Shown here: in pieces, positions 17,031 to 24,957 of the stretch | How the letters are laid out: every line of letters begins with the position of its first letter | Numbering within the stretch: the first letter of the stretch is position 1 | NCBI GenBank assembly: GCA_033763315.1 | Contig: JANRKS010000008.1 | Location: 26,175 to 58,174 of the forward strand | Direction of reading: 5' to 3' | Length of the DNA stretch: 32,000 nt | Source: Deltaproteobacteria bacterium | GTDB lineage: Bacteria > Myxococcota_A > Polyangia > Fen-1088 | The notes under the pieces: model-generated | Told to the model about the DNA's origin: nothing | Seen by the model: only the letters and a program-made list of their open reading frames with translations | Database searches by the model: none | Position numbers and translations under genes: made by a program

Positions 17031-18481
17031 GCCGATATTCATTTGATCGACGAACGTTGTTGGCGGGGCTAGGTGGCGGCTTGGTTCCCCTGTTGGCACC
17101 ACACGGCGCCCGCGCGGCGTCCGCCACGCCGAAGCGATTGGTTGTGATCGCGGTGCCGAACGGATACACCGCCGACTACCTTCCTGAAGTTGTGGGCACG
17201 GGATGGCAAGCACGCGCCACCGAATTCTCACCTCTGCAGCCCTTGGAGCCGTGGAAAGATCGTTTGCTGGTGATGGGCGGCATCAACGTCCAAAACGGCA
17301 TCGACACCGGCAAAGACGTGAAGAAGGATCCAAACGCAACGATCGCGGGCCACGCGATCATGCCCTTCTTGCTGACCGGCGCAAAGGGCGTGGCAGGGCC
17401 ATCAATCCCGGACGGATGGAGCTTAACGGCCAGCCATTGCTCGGTCGACCAATACGTCGTGCAGAAACTGCCAGCCGTCAGCGGCCGCCCGTTTCCTTCT
17501 TTGGTGATGCGACCCGTGGCGCTTTCGGCAGGCGGTTACGGCAACACACCGCTTTCGTATTCAGGAAAAACCCTGGACGGCAAGAGCCACAACGCGCCTT
17601 CGATTCGCGAGAATCCGTTCACGGTGTTTGATGATTTGTTCGGTGGCAAGATTGACATCACGGCGCTGCAAAGGCAGCGCGCCAAGCGCAAATCCATCCT
17701 GGATTTTTCATCGCGGCAGCTCAAGCAGGTGCAAGCTCGCGTGGGAAGCGATGACAAGCAGCGAATTGAAAACCACCTCACTGCCATTACAGAAATTGAA
17801 AAGCAGCTTGCGACGATGAGCGGCGCTTGCCAGGCACCGGGGCGCGCCGACGAAACCATATGGTCAACGTCGCAGAGCAATCCGAAGATGAACCTGGTGA
17901 TCCGCACGCAGATTGATCTGACCGTGGCCGCGATGGCGTGCGATCTCACGCGCGTGGCGAGCCATTCCTGGTGTTCGTCGAACAACAACACGATCGTGTT
18001 TCCCTGGCTTGCGGATCGCATTGCAAGCCTGAACGACACCTGGACGGGAACCGAAACCGGCGGATCAGGCAACAATCTGCGCAACCACCACACGATCGCT
18101 CACAACGAGGGTCAGCTTAAGCGCGAGAAGAACTTGGTGGATCGATTCTTCATTGAATGCTTTGCGTACTTTATCGAGAAGCTATCGAAGACGATGGATC
18201 CCGATGGCCGGCCCATGATTGAAAATACGCTGGTGTTGTATGCCAATATGCAGCGCACTGGCGGCGGCCATCAGACCGACAACTTGCAGTGGTTCCTGGC
18301 GGGCAACGCCAACGGCTACTTCAAGCAGGGCCGCTACCTCCCCTTCCTGTCGGGCAAGACGAATCAGATGGCGCCCACAAATGGATTGCTCACAGCGATC
18401 GTGAATGCGATGGGGTGCCCGCCCGTGGATAGCTTCGGTGATCCTGCCTACGGCGGCGAGGCCACCATCTTGCGCGGATAG
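17027..18481 (+). CDS. DUF1552-family protein with a Tat signal
   Basis: Twin-arginine signal FDRRTLLAGLGGGLVPLLAPHGARA. The ATG overlaps the DUF1592 stop (ATGA, 17027-17030). DUF1592/DUF1552 are a well-known conserved gene pair of unknown function in Planctomycetes and Myxococcota. Confidence 0.8.
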   Translation: MSRYSFDRRTLLAGLGGGLVPLLAPHGARAASATPKRLVVIAVPNGYTADYLPEVVGTGWQARATEFSPLQPLEPWKDRLLVMGGINVQNGIDTGKDVKKDPNATIAGHAIMPFLLTGAKGVAGPSIPDGWSLTASHCSVDQYVVQKLPAVSGRPFPSLVMRPVALSAGGYGNTPLSYSGKTLDGKSHNAPSIRENPFTVFDDLFGGKIDITALQRQRAKRKSILDFSSRQLKQVQARVGSDDKQRIENHLTAITEIEKQLATMSGACQAPGRADETIWSTSQSNPKMNLVIRTQIDLTVAAMACDLTRVASHSWCSSNNNTIVFPWLADRIASLNDTWTGTETGGSGNNLRNHHTIAHNEGQLKREKNLVDRFFIECFAYFIEKLSKTMDPDGRPMIENTLVLYANMQRTGGGHQTDNLQWFLAGNANGYFKQGRYLPFLSGKTNQMAPTNGLLTAIVNAMGCPPVDSFGDPAYGGEATILRG

Positions 18482-18526
18482 CTGCGAGCGAAAGCGTCGG
18501 CCGTCGCGGCTTGCTAAAGCACAGCC

Positions 18527-18916
18527 ATGACGACGGAGTTGTGGTGTTTGGTGGGAAACGCCCTTTGGGGCTTGGGATTGGTGATGCTGGAGATCACTGG
18601 CAAAACAGCGGTGGCAGGGAGCGCCTGGAACAGCGGAAACCGTGAGACCTCGCCGGTTTTCCCGGTCTGGGTTCAGCGTGCGGGGCGGGCGCTGGCCAAT
18701 CATCAGGAGAACTTTCCCCTGTTCGCTGTGGCGGTGTTGGTGGTTCACCTCGCCGGCAAGGAAGACAGCATAAGCGGCACTGCCGCATTGGCCTACGTGG
18801 CCGCACGGGCGGTGCATGGTGTTTTGTACGTGGCCGGTGTGACAAAGCTCCGCACGTTGGCGTTCCTCGTTGGATTGTGCTCCGTGTTCGCGATCTTGAG
18901 CCGCTTGTTGAGCTGA
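18527..18916 (+). CDS. MAPEG-family small membrane protein (glutathione-S-transferase-like)
   Basis: 129 aa with about 3-4 hydrophobic helices and the family-typical RALANHQENFPLFAVAVL motif (NxxENxPxF). Confidence 0.75.
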   Translation: MTTELWCLVGNALWGLGLVMLEITGKTAVAGSAWNSGNRETSPVFPVWVQRAGRALANHQENFPLFAVAVLVVHLAGKEDSISGTAALAYVAARAVHGVLYVAGVTKLRTLAFLVGLCSVFAILSRLLS

Positions 18917-18997
18917 GGCCGCTGACATTTTCGAGCATGTAAACCAAGCGCACCAACATCGCTCTGCAAATCTGAAAAGGCCCGCTACAATGCGGCC

Positions 18998-19852
18998 ATG
19001 TGCGAATTGCTCGGGATGGAATGCAATGTTCCGACGGACATCGTGTTTTCCTTCACAGCCTTAACGATGCGCGGCGGGATGACGGGTCCCCACGCCGATG
19101 GCTGGGGCTTGGCGCTTTACGATGGGCCGTTCGCGCAGATATTTCTCGAACCCAAACCCGCGTGCGACAGCCAGCTCGCACGGTTCTTGCGCGAAAACCC
19201 CACCCCGGTGCTGTTGGCAATTGCGCACGTTCGAAAGCGCACCCAAGGGCCCGTGGGCCTCGCGAACACGCATCCGTTCAAGCGCGTGTTGTGGGGACGC
19301 GATTGGGCTTTCGCGCACAATGGCACCTTGCCACACATTAAAGAAAAGCCTTTGCGCCGCTTCGTCCCCGTGGGGCAAACGGACAGCGAACACGCCTTTT
19401 GCTGGATCCTTGATCAGCTTGAGCAAGCCTTCCCGGATGGAGAGCCCGCAGACAATGCAGCGGTGGAACAGCTGATAGCAAAGCTCGGTGGATCGCTGGG
19501 GGCCGAAGGCAGCTGCAACTTCCTGCTTGGCGATGGGCGCCGGCTTTACGCGCGCTGTGGAACCAGGCTTTGTTACATCATCCGCAAAGCACCCTTTGGC
19601 GCGGCTACGTTGAAGGATGCCGAAGTGCGCGTCGACTTTCGCGCGGTCACCAGCGAGCTCGATCGCGTGGCAGTGGTTGCCACCGCGCCATTGACACGCG
19701 ACGAACGATGGGAAGAAGCGCGCCCCGGCACCTTGTGGGTGTTTCAGCAGGGGCGTTTGCACGCCGAACTGGTGAGCCGAGATCCCGCCGGACGACCCGA
19801 GTCGCCTGCTCTTTCGGTGGATGTGACCTCTAGCACAAGCCCCGCGCCCTGA
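18998..19852 (+). CDS. Class II (Ntn-type) glutamine amidotransferase, YafJ-like
   Basis: MCELLG places the nucleophile Cys2 directly after Met. HADGWGLA, AHVRKRTQG, NTHPF and FAHNGTL are typical GATase-2 blocks. Confidence 0.8.
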   Translation: MCELLGMECNVPTDIVFSFTALTMRGGMTGPHADGWGLALYDGPFAQIFLEPKPACDSQLARFLRENPTPVLLAIAHVRKRTQGPVGLANTHPFKRVLWGRDWAFAHNGTLPHIKEKPLRRFVPVGQTDSEHAFCWILDQLEQAFPDGEPADNAAVEQLIAKLGGSLGAEGSCNFLLGDGRRLYARCGTRLCYIIRKAPFGAATLKDAEVRVDFRAVTSELDRVAVVATAPLTRDERWEEARPGTLWVFQQGRLHAELVSRDPAGRPESPALSVDVTSSTSPAP

Positions 19853-19977
19853 GCTCTGAGGGTCTGGCAAGGTGTTGACGGCATCTTGTTTCCTCACTGG
19901 CGCTGTCTATACCCCAGAAGGGCTGTTCTCATAAAAGGCGCTTGGCAAACGTTGCCCGTTTCGCTTAAGTCGAGGGC

Positions 19978-21375
19978 GTGAAGCGCATCAATTCATCCGC
20001 AGGCCTTTCCCCGTTTTTCGTGAACCGACGGCGTTTTCTGCAAACCGCGCAGGCGGCGGCGGCTTTGGCAGCGTTGCCAGCCTGGGGGGCAGACGCGGTT
20101 GACTTGGTGAACGCCAAGGCCAAACGTGTGGGACTGATCGGCTGCGGATGGTACGGCAAAAGCGATCTGTGGCGGCTCATCCAGGTGGCGCCAGTGGATG
20201 TCGTCTCCTTGTGTGATCCCGACACCGATCTGTTGACTGGCGCTGCAGATCTGGCGGCCACGCGCCAAAGTTCTCACAAGCGGCCACGCACGTACCGCGA
20301 CTACCGCGAGATGTTGCGGGAGAAGGATCTCGACATCGTGATTGTGGGTTCGCCCGATCATTGGCATGCGTTGCACACGATCGCCGCGCTTGAAGCGGGC
20401 GCCGACGTTTACTGCCAAAAGCCTGTGAGCCGCGACGTGCGCGAAGGCGAAGCGATGGTGGATGCCGCCCGTAAACACAAACGCGTGATTCAGGTGGGCA
20501 CGCAGCGCAAGAGCACGCCTCACCTTGTGGAAGCAAAGAAGCAAATCATCGAGGGCGGCAGGTTAGGAAAGATTGGTCACATTGAGATGTGCTGCTATTT
20601 CCCTATGCGCGCCAATGGCAACCCACCGTTGCAGCCCGTTCCTCAAACGCTCGACTACGAACTGTGGACGGGCCCCGCACCGCTGCGGCCTTACGATGGT
20701 TCACCGCACGTGCGCTGGTGGCGCACTTTCAAGGAATATGGCAACGGGATCCTCGGCGATATGTGCGTGCATCTTTTGGACACCGCGCGATGGATGTTGG
20801 GGCTCGGCTGGCCTCGGCGGATATCATCGACGGGCGGGATCTTTGTTCAAAAGGGCGGCAAGTCGAACATTCCTGACACGCAAACAGCGACGTTCGAGTT
20901 CGATGACTTCAATGCCGTGTGGCAGCACCGATCGTGGGGGCAAGCTGTGGATCCGGATTATCCGTGGGGCCTGTTTCTTCACGGTGAAAAGGGTTTGTTG
21001 AAAGCAAGCACCACGCGGGCTGACTTCATTCCTTACGACAAAAAGGAAAAGCCAATTCACTTCGACTGCGTCTACGAAAAAGAGAAATATCCGGAAGACA
21101 TCACGGAGAAAGACATCGAACTTAACGCCGCGCCCGCGACGCGTGCGCACATGCTGGACTTCTTGGCCGCCGTGGCCACCCGCGGTCGGCCGCTGGCTGA
21201 CATCGAACAGGGCCACATCTCGACCGCCGCGTGCATTTTGGCAAACATCGCCATGGACGTGGGGCGCCCCGTGGCCTACGACCCCAAACTGCGGATCGTG
21301 ACCGCCGATCGCGAAGCCACAAACCTGTTGCGACGCCCCTACCGCAAGGGGTGGAAGCACCCGCATCAGGGTTGA
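19978..21375 (+). CDS. Gfo/Idh/MocA-family oxidoreductase with a Tat signal
   Basis: Tat motif NRRRFLQTAQAAAALAALPAWGA. Rossmann RVGLIGCGWYG, then VIVGSPDHWH and EKP-like CQKPVS blocks. GTG start. Confidence 0.85.
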   Translation: MKRINSSAGLSPFFVNRRRFLQTAQAAAALAALPAWGADAVDLVNAKAKRVGLIGCGWYGKSDLWRLIQVAPVDVVSLCDPDTDLLTGAADLAATRQSSHKRPRTYRDYREMLREKDLDIVIVGSPDHWHALHTIAALEAGADVYCQKPVSRDVREGEAMVDAARKHKRVIQVGTQRKSTPHLVEAKKQIIEGGRLGKIGHIEMCCYFPMRANGNPPLQPVPQTLDYELWTGPAPLRPYDGSPHVRWWRTFKEYGNGILGDMCVHLLDTARWMLGLGWPRRISSTGGIFVQKGGKSNIPDTQTATFEFDDFNAVWQHRSWGQAVDPDYPWGLFLHGEKGLLKASTTRADFIPYDKKEKPIHFDCVYEKEKYPEDITEKDIELNAAPATRAHMLDFLAAVATRGRPLADIEQGHISTAACILANIAMDVGRPVAYDPKLRIVTADREATNLLRRPYRKGWKHPHQG

Positions 21376-21487
21376 TGAGGCAGCAAGGCAGGGTTGCGTT
21401 GGTGGGCCACCCCGCCCCAAAAGACTTGGGCGTCGCACCCGAATAAATGAGGGTCGATGCCTGCATTGGCGGCGGTAGAGTTGGCCG

Positions 21488-24400
21488 GTGAAAGCCCGTG
21501 CTCTCGTTGCGCCCCTCCTCGCGTTGATTGTCGCCTGCGCGGCGGCTTACGCCGCTCCTGCTGATCCTTTGCTTGCAGGTTTTCTGCAACCGCCGCCACA
21601 GGCCAGGCCGCTGGTGTGGTGGCACTGGACCAATGGCAACGTCACGCAGGCCGCCATCACGGCGGATCTGGAGGCGATGCAGCGCGTGGGCATTGGTGGT
21701 GTGCAGTTGTTCGACGTCGACGTCGGGAACCCGCTGTTGGTGCCCACACCTGTTGATTACATGACGCCACGCTGGTTGCAGCTGCTCGCGTTCACGGCCC
21801 GTGAATGCAAACGTTTGGGGCTTTCGCTGAGCGTGCACAGCAGCGCGGGGTGGAGCGAATCAGGTGGACCTTGGGTGCGGCCAGCCGATGGCATGCGCAA
21901 ACTCGTGTGGAGTGAAACGCAAGTGACGGGGCCCACCACGTTTACGGGCACGCTGCCCTCGCCTCCGCGCGTGTTCGGGCCTTATGGCAATCTCGCACGC
22001 GAAAAGATGGGCACGCCGGCGGAGCGCTGGCCCGCGGAAGTGCCCGAAGATTATACGGACGAATACGTCTTGGCGTATCCAACGCCCGCGGGGCGTCGTT
22101 TCCCCGGCGCGAGCGGCACGCTTTCAGGCAATGTGCCGAACTTTGATCCGAAGGTTGTGACCGACGGCGACCTCAACACACGCTTGAAGCTGCCGTTTAC
22201 CGACGCTCACACGCCCGTGATGGTGGATGTCCACTTCGACGATCCCTTCGTCGCTCAGGCACTCAGCTTGGCGGCCGGTTGGATCGCTCCGTTGGGTGAA
22301 TTGCAAAGCAGCCAAGACGGAAAGACGTTTACAAAGGTCATCGACCTGCCGCGGCCGTCGGTGGGCAGCCGACCCATTCCCAAAACGGTGACGTTCACAC
22401 CTGTGAAGGCTAAGCACTTCCGGCTGGTGTTTTTACCGCGCACAAGCAAGCTGTCGTTCGAGTTCGCCGAGCTTCAGCTGTTTGAAGCACCACGCGTGCA
22501 CCGCTTTGAAGACAAAGCAGGCTTTGGCCTTTTGCCCGATGTGGACATCGAACGTGGCGCGCCGGCTGTGGGTGTGGATCCGAAACGCGTTGTGGATTTA
22601 ACGAAGCGCTTTAAGCAGGGGAAAGGTGTGTGGCAGGTCCCGGCAGGTTCGTGGACGTTGGTGCGCGTAGGGCACGCGGCCACCGGGATGAAGAACCGTC
22701 CTGCCACAGCGGCTGGTTTGGGTTTGGAGGTGGACAAACTAAACGCGCAGGCCGTGCGCAGATACATATCGACCTTTCTATCGCGACTGCAAGGCGCAGG
22801 CGTTTTCGCGGCGGGCTCGATGAACGGCGTGCTGATGGATAGCTGGGAGGCCGAACACCAGAATTGGACGCCTGGTTTTATGTCAGCCTTTCGCAAACGT
22901 CGCGGATATGATCCTCTGCCGTTTTTGCCGGCGATGACGGGCGCTGTGATAGTTAATGCCGAGGCAAGCGACCGCTTTTTGTGGGACGTGCGGCGCACGA
23001 TCGCTGATGAGCTTTCCAACAATCACTATGGCGTGGTGAGGCGGGCCGTGGCGGCGCGTGGATTGCGCTTGGAAGCCGAGGCCGTGGGGCAAGGCATGCC
23101 GATGATCGCCGATCAATTGCAAGCGCGCGGCCGCACCGATGTACCTATGGGCGAGTTTTGGGTTCCCGCACCAGGTGCACCTTTACAAGCGAAAGCAGAC
23201 TGCAAAGAAGCTGCGAGCGCGGCGCATATCTACGGCAAACAGCTCGTGGGCGCGGAAGCTTTCTCATCAGGCCCGGATGTGCCCGCGTGGAGCCAAACAC
23301 CGCGATCGCTGAAGGCTGTGGGCGATCTGCATTTCGCCACGGGGATTAATCGATTGTCGTTGCACCAGTTCACGTTGCAGCCCGATGACACGCGCAAACC
23401 TGGACTCACGCTGAAAGAATATGGTTCACCGTTTAATCGGCTGAATACTTGGTGGGACGCTTCGGGTGCGTGGTTCACGTATCTGTCGCGCGCGCAGTTC
23501 CTGCTGCAACAGGGTTGGTTCGTGGGCGACGTGGTTTACCTTTATGGAGAAGGGGCGCCCGCCACGGTGGCCGACAAGGCGGATTTGGTGCCCGCGATGC
23601 CGCCCGGCCGCGACTACGATTTTGTGAATACAGAAGCCTTGTTGAACCACGCGCGCATGCTTGATGGCGTGTTGAACTTTCCTGGCGCGCGAGGATTTCG
23701 GATATTGGTGATGCCACCAAGTCAAGTGGCCACGCCCGCATTGCTTTTGAAGTTGCGCGGCTTTGTACGCCAAGGCTTGACGGTGGTGGGTCCACGACCG
23801 CTGCGATCGCCTTCCTTGCGTGGTGATGCCGAAGTGAAAGCGTTGGCGGCCGAGCTGTGGGGGCCGTGTGAACAGGCCGCTTGTGAACACAAAGTGGGTC
23901 GTGGACGCGTGATAACCGGCGCCACGTTGGAAGCTGTTTTGCAGCAACAGAGCTCGCCCGCAGACATAGCGCTGGCCGGCGAAACGCAGCCGGACGCGGT
24001 GGCAACGATTCACCGTCAAACCAAAACCGATCACATCTATTTTCTGGCGAACCTCACCGAGTTCAAGCAGATCCTCAAGATTACACTGCGTGCGCAAGGA
24101 TCAACTTTGCAGATGTGGAATGCCGAAACAGGCGCGCACACATCCATTCCGTTTCATGTCGATGGGGCAACCATTCGCACCGACGTTGCGCTTAAGCCTT
24201 TAGAGTCAGTCTTTCTATTGGTTCGACAGGGAAAGGGTGACCAAGCAGCGGGCGAGATGGCTCAGGGCGCAGCCTTGGAAGTGGCGGGCCCCTGGGATGT
24301 TGAGTTCACGTCGCCGTTTGCGCAGGAGGCTTCCCATCACGAGACGTTTGCACGATTGCAATCGCTCTCGAAGCACGCCAACCCGTTGGTCCACCACTTC

Positions 24401-24739
24401 GCGGGCAACGCCACCTACCGCGCCCAGCTGCAAGTGCCGCGAAGCTCAGCGTTGACTCTAGACCTGGGCCACGTACACGATGTGGCACGTGTGCGGCTGA
24501 ACGGCAGCGAAGTGGCCACGCTGTGGAACCAGACCGGTGTGGATGTGACGAACTTCGTGCACGCCGGCCGCAATGAGCTTGAAATTATTGTGAGCGTAGG
24601 TTGGCCGAACCGCTTGATTGGCGATGCCGCTTTGCCACCCACCCAGCGAAAGACCTGGACCACGTTCAACCCCTACACAGCAACATCCCCCTTGAGGGAG
24701 GCAGGGTTGCTCGGGCCTGTGCGACTTATCCCTCGGTGA
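21488..24739 (+). CDS. Large secreted glycoside hydrolase, GH106-like N-terminal region (assignment from memory) with a C-terminal GH2-type sugar-binding / galactose-binding-like domain
   Basis: Sec signal MKARALVAPLLALIVACAAAYA. FLQPPPQARPLVWWHWTNGNVTQAAITADLEAMQRVGIGGVQLFD is the characteristic opener of this ~1100-aa hydrolase family. The C-terminus ...ATYRAQLQVP...LDLGHVHDVARVRLNGSEVATLW...GRNELEIIVS fits a jelly-roll sugar-binding domain. The exact GH family needs an HMM search. Confidence 0.7.
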   Translation: MKARALVAPLLALIVACAAAYAAPADPLLAGFLQPPPQARPLVWWHWTNGNVTQAAITADLEAMQRVGIGGVQLFDVDVGNPLLVPTPVDYMTPRWLQLLAFTARECKRLGLSLSVHSSAGWSESGGPWVRPADGMRKLVWSETQVTGPTTFTGTLPSPPRVFGPYGNLAREKMGTPAERWPAEVPEDYTDEYVLAYPTPAGRRFPGASGTLSGNVPNFDPKVVTDGDLNTRLKLPFTDAHTPVMVDVHFDDPFVAQALSLAAGWIAPLGELQSSQDGKTFTKVIDLPRPSVGSRPIPKTVTFTPVKAKHFRLVFLPRTSKLSFEFAELQLFEAPRVHRFEDKAGFGLLPDVDIERGAPAVGVDPKRVVDLTKRFKQGKGVWQVPAGSWTLVRVGHAATGMKNRPATAAGLGLEVDKLNAQAVRRYISTFLSRLQGAGVFAAGSMNGVLMDSWEAEHQNWTPGFMSAFRKRRGYDPLPFLPAMTGAVIVNAEASDRFLWDVRRTIADELSNNHYGVVRRAVAARGLRLEAEAVGQGMPMIADQLQARGRTDVPMGEFWVPAPGAPLQAKADCKEAASAAHIYGKQLVGAEAFSSGPDVPAWSQTPRSLKAVGDLHFATGINRLSLHQFTLQPDDTRKPGLTLKEYGSPFNRLNTWWDASGAWFTYLSRAQFLLQQGWFVGDVVYLYGEGAPATVADKADLVPAMPPGRDYDFVNTEALLNHARMLDGVLNFPGARGFRILVMPPSQVATPALLLKLRGFVRQGLTVVGPRPLRSPSLRGDAEVKALAAELWGPCEQAACEHKVGRGRVITGATLEAVLQQQSSPADIALAGETQPDAVATIHRQTKTDHIYFLANLTEFKQILKITLRAQGSTLQMWNAETGAHTSIPFHVDGATIRTDVALKPLESVFLLVRQGKGDQAAGEMAQGAALEVAGPWDVEFTSPFAQEASHHETFARLQSLSKHANPLVHHFAGNATYRAQLQVPRSSALTLDLGHVHDVARVRLNGSEVATLWNQTGVDVTNFVHAGRNELEIIVSVGWPNRLIGDAALPPTQRKTWTTFNPYTATSPLREAGLLGPVRLIPR

Positions 24740-24821
24740 TGCTAATTCGCATTTGTTCGGCTCGCACCCGAATCACGCCCCCACGCAGCTCTTGCTGCCT
24801 TGCACCTGCACGCTTGCCCTA

Positions 24822-24837
24822 TCACCTGGGCAGGTGA
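24822..24837. promoter_or_regulatory. Imperfect palindrome TCACCTG-GG-CAGGTGA upstream of the pfaA-like gene (candidate operator)
   Basis: 7-bp inverted arms verified base by base. A third CACCTG copy is at 24803-24808. The site lies about 120 bp upstream of the TTG start, inside a 218-bp intergenic region. Confidence 0.25.
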
Positions 24838-24957
24838 GCCGACCGATAAGACGATTCGGCGGCAGCCACATTCCCCCACGCCGGGGCACTTAAGACGCCA
24901 AGCGTCAGATAAAGCCACCGTCCCACGAACCTGAAAAGCCAGCGAAGTGGGGTTTCG

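Noticed and set aside
19940-19960. TTGGCAAACGTTGCCC upstream of the Gfo/Idh/MocA gene as a sigma-54 promoter. A similar GGCATGCTTGCA is at about 2961-2972.
   Set aside because: The GG-to-GC spacing is 10 nt here (9 nt at the second site) instead of the canonical 12 nt, so neither fits the -24/-12 geometry.
21000-21120. Locally AT-richer stretches (for example 21000-21120 and 18100-18200) as possible foreign insertions.
   Set aside because: Both lie within continuous, motif-supported ORFs (Gfo/Idh/MocA and DUF1552) and encode Lys/Glu/Asp-rich segments. There are no boundaries, repeats or frame disruption.
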